64,000 nt of DNA from Hemiscyllium ocellatum (Eukaryota). Location of the stretch: NCBI RefSeq assembly GCF_020745735.1, contig NC_083444.1, positions 7,632,338 to 7,696,337 on the forward strand, read 5' to 3'. Below the pieces are notes generated by a model, which saw only the letters and a list, made by a program, of their open reading frames with translations, made no database searches and was not told the DNA's origin. Shown here piece after piece: positions 48,669 to 61,873 of this stretch. The position numbers and the translations under genes were made by a program. Every line of letters starts with the position of its first letter. Position 1 is the stretch's first letter.

Positions 48669-49887
48669 GGGTTGTAGCTCATTCTACAGCACTCTTATGA
48701 AGATGAGAATGTGGTGCTAGAAAAGCAAGTAGGTCAGGCAGCATCCGAGGAGCAGGAGAATCGATGTTTCAGGCAAAAATCCTTCATCAGGAATGAGGCC
48801 TGATGAGGTCAATTCCCCTGCTCCTCGGATGCTGCCTGACCTGCTGTGCTTTACCAGCACCGCACTCGCGACTCTAATCTCCAGTGTCTGCAGTTCTCAC
48901 TGTCACTTACTCCTATGAATTGCCTTGGGGCATCACATTCAATTTCAGGGGCTTTCAAAATGCGGGTTGTTGGTGCATTGATGGAGAAGTTTGGAGAAAT
49001 CTGAACCTTGTCCTTTAAAACAACATTATCACAGAAGTAAAAATATACTGGGGGCATAAAGTAAAGAACATGTGTCCAGACAGTTGCTCCAACAGTCTAT
49101 GTTTGTATAAAAATGCCCAATTGTTGATTTGTCCTAAGGTCAAATTCTAATCTAACTCTCACTTAAGATTCCTTGAGTCTCGCACGGTGGTGCAGTGGTT
49201 AGCACTGCTGCCTCACAGCGCCTGAGACCCAGGTTCAATTCCCGCCTCAGGCAACTGACTGTGTGGAGTTTGCACGTTCTCCCCGTGTCTGCGTGAGTTT
49301 CCTCCCTGTGCTCCGGTTTCCTCCCACAGTCCAAAGATGTGTGGGTCAGATGAATTGGCCATGCTAAATTGCCCATAGTGTTAGGTAAGGGGTAAATGTA
49401 TGGGTGGGTTGCGCTTCTGCGGGTCGGTGTGGACTTGTTGGGCCGAAGGGCCTGTTTCCACACTGTAAGTAATCTAATCTAAAGCGCTACACACTCATCC
49501 TTTCTCAGAGACTCTGTTATAGTTTTTACCTGCCAGGAGGAGACACAAACCTTTCCCCTTCTGGGGGAACATCACCACTCAAGCCAACGATGTGCATTCA
49601 ACTCAATAAACATTAACAATCTGCTCAAAAGACCAGCCTAGACAATTGGATAAAAGCAAATTACTGCAGATGCTGGAATCTGAAACCAAAAAAGAGAAAA
49701 TCAACTTTGACAAAGGGTCAGTAAAACTTGAAATGTCAGCTCTTTGCTCTCCTTACAGACGCTGCCAGACCTGCTGAGATTTTCCAGCATTTTCTCTTTT
49801 GGTTTGAGCCTAGACAATTGGTCAGGTTAAAACCAATTTTTCTGGAGTTGGCTTCCTGGCCCTCTGAAGAAAACAACCCTGACCCAT

Positions 49888-50355
49888 CGAAAGAAACCCT
49901 CCTACCCTTTTCTACCGAGCAACATTGGATCGACCCATAAAGAAACCAAACTGTGCTGTGTCTCATTCTTGTGCTTTTACTTCTGTCCAACTTATTCTCT
50001 GTTTCCTCTTTCCCTCTCTCTGTTCCTTTTTCTCTACCCTTGCCCCTTCTTTGTTCTCTGAATTTATCTCTTTGCTCCCACATTCTCTCCACTTGTTTTC
50101 TTTCTATCTTTTCCTTGCTCTCTCCTCTCTTTCTATTGTATCTCTTACTCCCATCTTTCTTTCTCCCCGCCCTTTTCTTTTCACCCTTTCCCTTTCTCCC
50201 CATTATCATTCTTTCTTTATTCTCTCTCTCATTCTCTCTGTTTTCCCTGTTCATTCTCGTCATTTCTCTTTCTCTATCTCTCTCTTTTTCCTCTGTCTCC
50301 CTGTTAACTCTCCATTTCTTCTCTCTGTTTTTCTTATTGTTATATTTCTCATTCT

Positions 50356-50386
<31 letters not shown>

Positions 50387-50536
50387 GCCTATTAGCTTCT
50401 TCCCTTTCTCCTCTCTCTCATTCTGTTTTGCCTGTTAGCTTCCATTCTTTCTCTCTCTCTCTCTCTGTGTCTCTCTCTCTCTCTCATTTTCTCCGTTTAC
50501 CCTGTGAGCTCTCTTTCTCACTCTATCTCTCTTATT
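49888..50536 (-). repeat. Arm 2 of the inverted duplication
   Basis: Reverse complement of arm 1. ORFs 48293-48610 (+) and 49736-50359 (-) give nearly the same translation. Confidence 0.9.
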
Positions 50537-50593
50537 TTCTCTGGTTTCTTTGTTAGCTCTCACTCTTTCTCTCTATTTCTGTTTTCCCTTTTG

Positions 50594-50630
<37 letters not shown>

Positions 50631-53600
50631 CTGTTTTCCCTTTGACTCCTGCTCTGTCTCTCACCTATCTCTCTTCATCTCTCTGTTTTCCCTGTTAGCT
50701 CACTCTCTCTGTGTCTTTCTCTCTAATTCTCTCTGTTTTCCCTGTTTGTTCTCTTTCTTCTCCCTTGGTCTCTGTCTTTCCCCCATTCCCTGTCTCTCTC
50801 CTGTTGCCCTGCATTCTCTTCCACCCTCTCCTTACTGTCACTCTATCCATCTTTTCTCCACCTCCCTTTATTTCTCTGACGTCCTCTTCTGCCCCCTCCC
50901 ATCTTCCCCCCAAATTCATCTCTGGCTGACTCCTCTCCTTCCCGTCCCGCTTCCAGGGGGTAACTGGTCAGAGATGTCACCCTTTCATGTTGACAGGGAT
51001 TCTTTCAGATTCACACCTCCCTGGGAATCTCTCCAAGAAGTGCTGCCAGCTCAAAATTAGCCAAGCCTCCCTCTTACCAATAGCAAGCAGAGAAACAGTG
51101 AGAGTGCCGTATCAGAGTCAGGGTGAGAGTTTGACCTGTATCTGCTGCGTTTCTATGCACTTGCTGTCCGCAGCAGCCCGAGAGGATGAGCTATTCATGG
51201 ATCAGTGTTGCAATGTCACATGCAAACTTCCTTAAAAGCCTCACCAGACATCTGGCCTTGCAGCCAAGGGTATGCTGTTCATAGATTACAAGGAATCAAG
51301 GTCAGTCTAATTAATTAATCATAGAGTGACACAACACAGAAACAACCTTCGGTCCAACCACGCTGACCCATAATCCCAAACCAATCTAGTCCCACCTACC
51401 TTCCCCGGCCCATATCCCTCCAAACCTTTCGTATTCAAGTACTTCTCCAAATGTCTGTTAATTGTTATAACTGTACCCATATCCACCCTTACTCTGGAAG
51501 TTCGTTCCTCACACTCTCTGTGTAAAATAAAATTGCGCACCCTGTCTTTTTTAAATCGTTTTACATTCCCCTGTTCAGTGGAAAGGATCCCTTGACTTAC
51601 TCCTTATTTGATTTTGAGCTGCTAGAGGAAGTGGTGGAGGATGTTACAATTACAACATTTAAAAGTTAAAAATCATACAACACCAGGTTATAGTCCAACA
51701 GGTTTAATTGGAAGCACTAGCTTTCAGAGCGCCGCTCCTTCATCAGGTCATAGTGGAGGACACAGTTGTAAGACACAGAATTTATAGCAAAAGTTCAGTG
51801 TGATGTAACTGAAATTATACATTGACAAATACCTTGATTGTTTGTTGAGTCTTTCATCTGTTCAAATACCATGATAGTTTCACTTCTTTCATGTGTAAAT
51901 CACAAAACCTTTTTTTTTTAAAAGTTGCATTCTCAGATTAGCTGTAACCATTGCTGATAGCTAGACAATATGTTGAAAGTGTTGGCCCCCTGTGTTCTCT
52001 GTCTATGCCATAATGTTTAGATTGATTCTAATCTAAAATGTGAGATAACAGAGTTTACATAAATTCATGCAGTTTTTGAGCATCCTTGGGAGGGCCATTC
52101 AACTCCTTAGTAGCTGTGTCAAAAAGTCCGGTGCGGGAGAGTTGACATTTTGAGCATAAGCTCATCATCAGTTCTTCATTCCTGCTCCTCGGATGGTGCT
52201 TTTCCAGTGCCACACTTTTTGACTTTCATCTCCAGCATCTGCAATTGTCACTTGCCCACCGCCCCCACCCCCACCCCCACCCCCTTAGTACCTGTGCTGA
52301 CCTCTTTAAAATGGTGGTTAGATTCATCCTTACTCTCCATCACTCTTCAATTCTTTAAAATGTGTTTCATTTCCTTTTGTTATTTTTCCATTCCCCTTCG
52401 CCATCGAATCTGTTCCCCCTGCAAATTTCTTTGAGATCACAGAATCCTTACAGTGTGGAAGCAGGCCATTCGGCCCATTGAGTCCACACTGACCCTCTGA
52501 AGAACATCCCACCCAGACCTACCCCCTCCCTGTGTTTCCCATGGCTAGCCCACATAGTCTGCATATCCTTGGACACAATGGGTAATTTCCCACAGCCAAT
52601 GCACCCTAACCTATGTGTCTCTCAAGCAGTCTCTGGGAGTGTGCGCAACTCCACACAGAGAGTCACCCAAGGGTGGAATTGAAACCAGGTCCCTAGCGCT
52701 GTGAGGTTTCAGTGCTAACCACTGAGCCAACATGCCACCTCTCAGCTTCCAAACCTCTGAGAATAATAGCCCAACTTACTCAGTCCCTCAACATATCAGA
52801 CACCCCTTCTTCCCAGAGATCAAATCTCTATACTAACTCCAATGCAATATACCATTCCTTTGATGCAGGGTCGGAAAATGCATGCAATGTTCCAAAACTG
52901 GTCGAAACAATTTGTTTTTTTGCATTCACTTATCGCTGGCCAACACTTATTGCCCGTCCCTAGTTGCCCCCTGAGAAACTGGGGATGAGCTACCTTCTTG
53001 AACCACTGCAGTCACATATGGTTTGGGACACTCACACACAGCGTCGTTAGGGAGGGAATTCCAGGATTTTGACCCAGCGACACTGAAGGAATGGTGATAA
53101 ATTTCCAAGTTGGGATTTGGCAGGGGGGGGGGGGAACTTGCATTTGGTGGTGTCCCCACATATCTGCTGCCCCTTGTCCTTCTAGACGGAAGAAATCATG
53201 GGTTTGAAGGAGCTGTCTGAGGATCTTTTGTGATTTTCTGCAGTGCATGGTGCACAATGCTGCTACTGAGCATTGGTGCTGGAGGGAGTGGGTGTTAGTA
53301 GCAAGATCTCTTCATTCTTGTGCTCACAAACCTATAACATCGGAGGCGAATGCTCCCTCACTCTCTGATCCTCGACGTTGTTGGCACAAGAGCCGATTGA
53401 TCCATGGGTATTAATAATTAAAGAGAAGAGTTAATAAAAGACTGGAGAGCTCCATCGGTTAGCCACCCTCGACTCCCGTACCCGGGCTGTGGGTCATTCA
53501 TCAGGGGGTTTTGCCCTTGACGGAGGCCGTTCGTGCCATCCCATTCCTGCTGGATCCTGCAAAAGAGGTTTCCCCAAAGCGTCCTCACTCCAAAAGCTGC

Positions 53601-53774
53601 CTCTTCATCTTGTAATCATGCAGATAGTCCCCTCTAGAAAATTGGTATGAATTCTCTTTGGATAATTCCCATTGAATCTGATTTTGTGGGAAGGTGTAGC
53701 AGGTTACCACACCTCCCCGGGGAAATATTGTCCCTCATTGCTGAAGGGATTGAGTTTAAAAGCAGGGTGGTTTT

Positions 53775-54180
53775 GGATGTAGGTTTGCTCGCTGAGCTGT
53801 GAGGTTCATTTTCAGATGTTTCATCACCATACTAGGTAACATCTTCAGTGAGCCTCCGGATGAAGCACTGCTGATGTTTCCTGATTTCTATTTATATGTT
53901 TGGGTTTCTTTGTGTTGATGATGTCATTTCCTGTTCCTTTTCTCAGGGGGTGGTAAATGGGCTCCAAGTCAATGTATTTGTTGATAGAGTTCCAATGCTA
54001 TGCTTCTAGGAATTCTATTTGGCCTGTCCTAGAATGGATGTGTTGTCCCAGTCGAAGTATAAATAGAAAGCAAGAAACATCAGCAGTGCTTCATCAGGAG
54101 GCTCACTGAAGATGTTACCTAATATGGTGACGAAATGTCTGAAAATGAATCTTCCAGCTCAGCGAGCAAACCTACCTCCA
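53775..54180. mobile_element. Penelope-derived element bounded by about 120-bp inverted terminal repeats
   Basis: tggatgtaggtttgctcgctgagctg...ttctattt is mirrored by aaatagaa...cagctcagcgagcaaacctacctcca. It is related to the Penelope end at about 940-1010. Confidence 0.7.
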
Positions 54181-55299
54181 GCAGCTCAACCTGAGCTACA
54201 AATCTCAAAACTCACTAGCAGGGAGGTTATGTTGCAGCTGTACAGGATGCTGGTGAGGTCAGACCTGGAGTGTACAATTCGGGTCTCCGTACTTGAGAGA
54301 GGATGTACTGGTACTGTAGGGTGTGTAGAGGAGGTTCACTAGGTTGATTCCAGAGTTAGGGGGGTTGGTTTATGAGGATACACCGAATAGACTAGGATTA
54401 TATTCATTGGAATTCAGAAGAATGAGGGGGTTCTTAGAGAAGCATATAAAATTATGAAAGGAACAGATAAGATAGAAGTAGACAGAATGCTTCCACTGAC
54501 AGATGAAACCAGGAAAAGAGGGCATAGCCCCAAGATTAAAGGGGGCATATTTAGGACTGAATTAGCTTCTTCACCCAAGGGTTGTTAATCTATGGATTTC
54601 CCTGCCCAGTGAAGTAGTTGATGCTACTTCAGGAAACATCTTTGAAGGTAAGATAGATTTTTTTTTGAACAGTAAAAGAATTAAGGGTTACAGTGAGAGG
54701 ACGGGTAAGTGGAGCTGGGGCCATGAGCTGGGGTGGCACAGTGGCCCAGTGGTTAGCTCTGCTGCCTCAGGGTCCCAGGTTCGAATCCAGCCTTGGGTGA
54801 CTGTCCGTGTGGAGTTTGCACATTCTCCCCTGTGTCTGTGTGGGTTTCCTCCCGCAGGCCAGGTGAATTGGCCATGCCATGTTGCCCATCATGATAAGTG
54901 TATTAGTCAGAGGGAGGTGGGTTACTTTTCAGAGGGTTGGTGTGGACTGGTTGGGCTCAAGGGCCTGTTTCCACATTGTAGAGAATCTAATCATGATCTG
55001 ATTGAATGGTGGAGCAGGTTCTAAGAGGACACGTGGCCTACTCCTACTCCTAGTTCTTATGAAGTAAAAGTGACCTATCGCCTTTGGATACTTCAGCAGT
55101 TCCCTTTACTCTGCGTCCCTCTGGTCACCAGTTCTGCTACAGAGACAAGAGAAAGAGTTACTCCGTATTTTTCATGACGTGGGCTGAGGCAGATCTCCAG
55201 GAGTGATGCACAGAGTTTCCAACACAAACGCCAGTTGAAAACAAACTGAGGGTGGCATCGAAACACAGTCAAACATGTTGCTTCTGACAGACATTCCTC

Positions 55300-55760
55300 C
55301 TGACTGTGTAGAAGGTGCTTTACTCTGGATCTGACACCATACAGTCCCTGTCCTGGAAGTATTTGATGGGGGATGGTGTAAAGGGAGCTTAACTCTGTAT
55401 CTAACCCTGTGCTGTACCTGTCCAGGGAGTATTTGACAGGGGACAGTGTAAAGCAAGAGTTATTCTGTCTCTAATATCTTACAGTCCTTGTCTTGGGAGT
55501 GTTTGATGGGGGACAGTGTAGAGGAAGCTTTACTCTGTATCTGTGTTGTCCCTGTCCTGGAAGTGTTTGATGGGAACAGTGTAGAGACAGTTTTACTCCA
55601 TACCTAACCCTGTGCTGCTCCTGTCCTGGGAGTGTTTTATGAGGATAATGTTGAGGGAGCTTTACTCTGTATCTAACCCCGTGCTGTCCCTGTCCTGGGA
55701 GTGTTTGATGGGGACAGTGTAGAGGGAGTTTTATTCTGTTTCTAACCTTATGCTGTCTGC
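55300..55760 (+). repeat. Tandem repeat, about 65-70-bp unit (tactctgtatctaaccccgtgctgtccctgtcctgggagtgtttgatggggacagtgtagagggagctt), about 6-7 copies
   Basis: Unit recurs visibly; the same unit occurs at about 44870-45010. Confidence 0.88.
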
Positions 55761-58629
55761 TGTATCTCATTGGGTTCTGTCCGGGGATCCTGTTCCCCTC
55801 ATTTATCAATGAATTGGCCTTTGATCAGCAAATTGCACATATCAGCAAAAGATATGATCCGACCCTTGACTTGTTCCCAACTCATTGCCCACACAGCCTG
55901 TCTTTATGGCTGTCCGGCCCATGGGTGAAGAAACTGCTGTGATGGGCTTGGAGAGATGGACAGTTACCCTCTGGCCTGCAGCCAAGGCTGGGAGCTGCCA
56001 AAGGCAGCAGAATCCTGACAACTAGCCTGAGGCTTCACCCACGTACCAGGCCTTTGATTGCTCACCGCACTCGATCTCTCCATCTCTCACGCCAACAACA
56101 CTGAGGCCCTTCATCTGCTGCTCCCTTCCCATCTGTATTACCCACCTCCTCACAACCCCCTCCCCTCATCTCCACCGAGGGAGAATGGTTGTCCAAGGAA
56201 TTGTGAAGGATTCCTGCTCTTTCCGTCACGCAATGGGCCTCTCTCTAAGGAGAGTGTGTGGGACTATCTGCCTTCACTTCAATTCCAGCAGGCACCAAAT
56301 GGGCTGAATGGCCTGTTCCCACAATGTGTAGACCATATTGGAGACTGAGGTGATGGGTTCTGAATGGGGAGCAACGAGACTCGGGCTGTGGAATGTTTGC
56401 TGTCTGCTTAACATTGGTTGCTCCATATTGAGAGTGGGAAGGCTCAGTGGGCTGATTGGCCTCTGTAACCACCCTGTCCTGTCACCCTCCAGTCAGCCAG
56501 GTCAGGAACTGACCCAGCCTGCTCTTGAAGAAGGGACCCAGTCTCTGGACCTGACCACCCGCACTGTGGGCATTCTGTTTTTTGAACTCCTAACCAAGCC
56601 ATTCTGCTTCAGATAGAGAGCCCTTGTGCTCTATCAATAATCAAGGCCCAGGGATTACTCATTGAAGGGGAAGTCAACAAAGGGAAGGAGGTCAATATTG
56701 TAGCCCCGTTGGTTAATGACTTGCTCATTAGTGGCCTCAGTTAATGGTTCACTGGGTAATGCAATGTCAGCGATGGAAGATATCAATAATCAGATGTCCT
56801 TAGACAACCCCAGAGGCCCCATTCATAACCAACATTTCCCCTTGCAGCGTGACCATGAACTGTCAGTCAACTCCAGTCAATGTTATAAACGTGAGGAACA
56901 CCTGAAAAGCTTTCAGACAAAGGAGGGAGAGCCCGGAACGTGGAAGACTCTGAATTACCACGGTGTTGGCGGAGACAGGTATTAATTCTGTCCTCCTCCT
57001 CCTCCTCTTTGATCTCTCTATTTACCATGTCCGGTGACCTCTCCAACTCAGTGCCTTGACTGGTGGTGCTGCAGTGAGTGGGAATCGTCTCCTCTGTGTA
57101 GAGGGGACAGAGGATTCTTTATCTTGAAGAGAAACCATCCTGAAAGACTCCCTGTGCTGTGCGTACGCAATGTTGCGACTCTGCCTGGCTCTCAGTCTCC
57201 TGCGAGCCTTGAAGCGGTGCACACACAGGGATCGATCGCTTTGTTGTCATGTCTGCTTGCTAACTTACAAAGTGCTTTCCTGTCTTTACTGAACTAACCC
57301 ATAAAGATAACCCATCCTTGTCAAACGATTGATAGGACGAAGGGGGAAGGGGGGATGGCAGATGAGGCATTCGGACTCTGAGTGTCATTTTTACCTGTGA
57401 CAGCAACATTGACAGCAGCAGGGGGAAGGGGACCCAAATGATCATTGGCTAAAGGGCTGGAGATAAGATCAGATGCCAATTTCCGATCTGGAAAGCGCTC
57501 CCTGAAAGGAACAAATGAAATAGCAGCTTTCCAAAGGGAACTTGGAGATCCATTCGAATGAGAGGAAGTTAAAGGGAGACCAACTCTTTCACAGGGAGCC
57601 AGTATGGTCAGGATGGGCCGAAGGGCCTGCATCTGATTTGACAACTCCTTGTGACTGTGCAAAGGCAGTTTGAGGTTGTGCTAACATCCACTTTAACCCC
57701 TCTTGGAAATCCCAAAAAATGGAAAATAGGAGGTGGAGGAGGCTATTCCTCCTTTGATATGATCACGGCCGATGATCCAACTCAATCCTCCATCATTCAG
57801 GCTCCCTCGCCCTTTGATCCCCTTTAGCCCCAGAAACTATATTTCACTCCTTCTTGAAACATTCAAATGTTGTGGCCTCAGCTGCTTTTCCTGCGGTACA
57901 GAATTCCACAGACTCCCACTCTCTGGCTGAAGACATTTCTCCTCATCTCAGTCCAAAATTGTTTATCACGTATCTTTGGACTGTGACCCTTTGTACCTGG
58001 TCATCAGGTATATAACTCCTGTGTTTATGCATTTGGAAGTTCATCAGTTTCTATGGGATTCCCCCTCCCTCATTCTTCCAAAGATGAGTGAATACAATCC
58101 TAACTGATCCAATCTCTCTTTATGAGTGAGTCCTGCCATCCCACGATGGGTAATCCAACGCTACACTCCACAGAAACATAGAATCCCTACGGTGTGGAAA
58201 CAGGCCATTCAGCCCAACACTCCAAAGAGTATCCCACCCAGACTCATTCCCCTACCATATTACTCTATCATTCCCCATGACTAATACACCTAATCTACAC
58301 ACCCTTCGGCACTATGGGGCAATTTAGCATGGCCAATTCACCTAACCCGCACATCTTTGGATTGTGGGAGAAAACCAGGGCACCTGCAGGAAACCCACAC
58401 AGACACGGGGAGAATGACCCAACTCCATTCAGACAGTCACCTGAGGTTGGAATCGAACCTGGGTCGCTGACGATGTGGAGTAGTAGGGCTGACCACTGAG
58501 CCAACCCCCTCCATACTCAGAGCATCCTTCCTTAGATAAGGAGACCAAAACCACACACAATAATTCAGGTGTGGTCTCATCAGGGTCCTGCACAACTGCA
58601 ACAAGACATCTGTGCTCCTGTACTCAAAT

Positions 58630-58665
<36 letters not shown>

Positions 58666-58811
58666 CTCTCTCTCTTTCTCTCTCTCTCTGTCCCTGGGTT
58701 AAAAGTAAACCTAAAGCAAACGTGATTGAACTGTGCTGAATATTAATGAATATTGAAGTTGACAATTAGTTCACAAGTCTGATGAAGTAACGATTGAATC
58801 TTCCTCCCCAG
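58630..58811 (+). promoter_or_regulatory. Putative LECT2 proximal promoter/5' region: (TC)n microsatellite followed by forkhead-like sites
   Basis: (TC)n tract at about 58630-58690, then aagtaaac and aagcaaac cores and an AT-rich attaatgaatatt element within 140 nt of the ATG. Motif matches only; function is inferred from LECT2 being hepatocyte-expressed. Confidence 0.25.
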
Positions 58812-58827
58812 ATATTCTGATCGTATC

Positions 58828-58867
58828 ATGCTGAAGGGACTTATTCTTCTGTTTCTCTTCTCTCAGG
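58828..58867 (+). CDS. LECT2: LECT2 coding exon 1 (signal peptide MLKGLILLFLFSQ, phase 1)
   Basis: ATG at 58828, hydrophobic leader, donor CAGG|gtgagt. Phase 1 matches the next LECT2 exon. Confidence 0.85.
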
Positions 58868-59209
58868 GTGAGTCATTTCATGTTGTTTCTAGCGACAAGG
58901 CACGCAGTAGAAATGTTTTGCAACTATAGAGTGATTCTATTTTTCAAAATGTTTCTAGGGACAGTCCAATGTTTGAAATGATCAAACTTATAGGAATTGA
59001 AAATGGGGGCTTCCATTTTCTGCTCAGGATGTTTTTTAACACTGTTTGTCCCTGAGCCATTTCAGCTTTTTTCTCTCAGTACTGTCTGTGGATTGTTCCA
59101 GAAGCTCCGTGTGTTATTGCTGAATCACAGTGTCCCGAGCTTCAGTCTCGTTCCAGGATGTAAAGTACAAACATCAAGCGATTTACTCTCCCCCTCACAT
59201 CTTGCACCT

Positions 59210-59950
59210 TTTAATATCCCACTGACTCTGCTCCCACTCTCCTTGCACTTTTTAACATCCCACCCAGTCTAATCCCACTCTTCCCCTCACTCCCGCACAT
59301 TTTGATATCCCATCCAATCTAATCCCACTCGCTTTGATATCCCATCCAATCTAATCGCACTCTCCCCCTCACTCCTGCACACTTTGATAACCCACTCAGT
59401 CTAATCCCACTCGCTTTGATATCCCACCCAGTCTAATCCCACTCTCCCCCTCACTCCTGCACCATTGAATATACTTCTCAGACTGATCCCACTCTCCCCT
59501 TCACTCCCACACATTTTAATATCCCTCCCAGGCTAATTCCACTCTGCCCTTCACTCTGCACGCTTAAATATCCCACTCAACCTAATCACATTCTCTCCCT
59601 TACTCTCATACCCTTTAATATCCCATCTCATCTAATCCCACTCACTTGCAACATCCTGTAATATCCCATCCAGTCTAATCCCACAATTCCACTCACTCTC
59701 CACCCCTATAATATCCCACCTAGCCAATCCCACTCTGCCCCTCACTCCCCACAGTCTTTAATATCCTACCTCATCTAATCCCAATTTCACTCTCATTCCC
59801 ACACCCTTTCATATCCCACCCAGACCTGCCCAACTCTTCCCCTCACTCCACACACTCTATAATGTCCCACCCTGACTGGGCCCACTCTCCTGTTCTCACC
59901 TGACACATTTGTATCCGTCTCTACATCCACCCTCACTCCTGCACTCCCAG
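59210..59950 (+). repeat. About 50-bp C-rich minisatellite in LECT2 intron 1
   Basis: Recurrent atatccca(c/t)ccagtctaatcccactctccccctcactcc. Confidence 0.85.
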
Positions 59951-59959
59951 CACGAGCAC

Positions 59960-61680
59960 ATTAAGGGCAAAAGGGTAACTAGGAAGAGAATAGAGCTTCT
60001 TCAAGATCTACAAGGCTACCAATGTGTGGAACTGCAGCAGATGGGTGAGATACTAAACAAGTATTTTGTGTCAGCATTTACTGTGGAGAAGGATGTGGAA
60101 GTGAGAGAACTTGGGGAAATACATAGTGATATGTTGAAAGATGTCCATATTACAGAGGAGGAGGTGGACGTGGTAAAACAGATAAAAGTGATAAACCCCA
60201 GGACCTGATTATGTGTATCTCAGAACGTTGTAGGGTGCAAGGCAAGCGATTGCTGGGCCTCTTGCTGAGATATTTGCCAGGGGTGAGATGCTGGACACCT
60301 GGAGGGTGGCTAATGTGGTGCCATTATTTAAGGAAGGTGATGGTAAGGAAAAGCCAGAGAACCATAGGTTGGCGAGTCTGACATCAGTGGTAGGTGAGCT
60401 TCAGAGGGGATTCTGAGAGACAGGATCTGCGTGTATTTGGAAAGGCAAGGGATAGTCGACATGGCTTTGTGCGCAGGGAATCATGTCTCACTAACTTGAC
60501 CGAGTATTTTGAAAGAAATGGCAAAGATCAGTGAAGGCAGATAGGTGGACGTTGTCGATATGGGTATCAGTAAGGCCTTCAATAAGGTTAGCAAGATTAG
60601 GTCTTCAGGCAGAACTAGCCATTTGGATACAAAATTGACTTTACAGTAGGAGCTAGAGGATGGTGGTGGAGTGTTGTTTTTCAGACTGGAGGCCTGTGAC
60701 CAGTGGAGTGCCACAAGGATCAGTGCTGGGTCCACTACTTTTGATCATTTATATATAAACGATTTAGATACAAGTGTGGGAGGAATGGTTAGTAAGTTTG
60801 CAGATGACACCAAAATTGGAGGTGCAGTGGACGGTGAAGTGGGTTAGCTCAGAGTACAATGGGACCTTGATCAGATGGGCCAATAGGCTGAGGAGTGGCA
60901 GATGGAGTTTAGTTTAGATAAATGTGAGGTGCTGCATTTTGGAAAGGCAAATCAGGGCAGGACTTATACACTTAAAAGGAAGGTGCTAGGGAGTGTTGCT
61001 GAACAAAGAGACCTTGGGGTGCACATTCATAGTTCCTTGAAAGTGGAGTCTCAGGTAGACAAGTTAATGAAGAGGGCATTTGGTACACTTGCCTTTATTG
61101 CTCAGTGCACTGAGTATAGGAGTTGGGAGGACATGTTGCAGCTGTAAAGGACATTGGTTAGGCCATTTTTGGAATATCGCATTCATTTCTGATCTCTCTG
61201 CTGGAGAGAAGATATTGTGAGACGTGAGTGGGTGCAGAAAACATTTACAAAGCTGTTCCTGGGGTTGAAAGGTTTGAACTTTAGGGAGACAGGTGGGGAA
61301 TTTTCCCTGGAGCTTCAGAGGCTGAGGGGTGACCTTATGGAGATTCATAAAATCATGAGGAGCATGAATAGGGTAAATAGACAGGGTCTTTTCCTGGGGT
61401 GGGGAAGTTCAGAACTAGAGGGTACAAGTTTAGGGTGAGAGGGGAAAGATATAAAAGGGACCTCAGGGGCAACTTTTTCACGCAGAAGGTGGTGTTTGCA
61501 TGGAATGGTGGAGGCTGGTACAATTTCAGCATTTAAAAGGCATTTGGATGGATATATGAATTGGAAGGGTTTGGAGGGATATGGGCCAAGTGCTGGCAAA
61601 TGAAACTAGATTACGTTAGGATATCATGGAGGAGTTGGACCGAATGGTCTGTTTCCATGCTGTACATCCCAATGACTCTG
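59960..61680 (+). mobile_element. CR1 LINE, longest fragment in the window (decayed RT to tail), in LECT2 intron 1
   Basis: [31 protein letters not shown] and QMEFSLDKCEVLHFGK motifs, with frameshifts. Confidence 0.9.
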
Positions 61681-61776
61681 TGACAAAGAATTAAAAGCAA
61701 TTGCTTTATATTGTGCTTTCGATCTTAGATATTTTGTCAGTCCCAGTAAATTGATGGGGTCCTCTCTATCCCACAG

Positions 61777-61873
61777 TTGCAGCTGGTCGCTGGGGTAAAC
61801 TGTGCCATAGTAATCCAACAAACCGGGTAAGAGGGATGGATAGGTATGGCAGTGGAGCGTATGGAGCACCCAG
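61777..61873 (+). CDS. LECT2: LECT2 coding exon 2 (97 nt, phase 1-2)
   Basis: Acceptor ctctctatcccacag|, donor CCCAG|gtaatt. Reads VAAGRWGKLCHSNPTNRVRGMDRYGSGAYGAPR, which aligns with the LECT2 N-terminus (human [30 protein letters not shown], recalled). Confidence 0.93.

Noticed and set aside
47978-50438. Arg/Glu/Lys-rich and Leu/Ser/Phe-rich ORFs
   Set aside because: Translations of GA/TC low-complexity arms of the inverted duplication.
50957-51060. GNWSEMSP resembling a cytokine-receptor WSxWS motif
   Set aside because: The second Trp is missing, there is no upstream FN3 sequence and the frame ends within about 35 codons.
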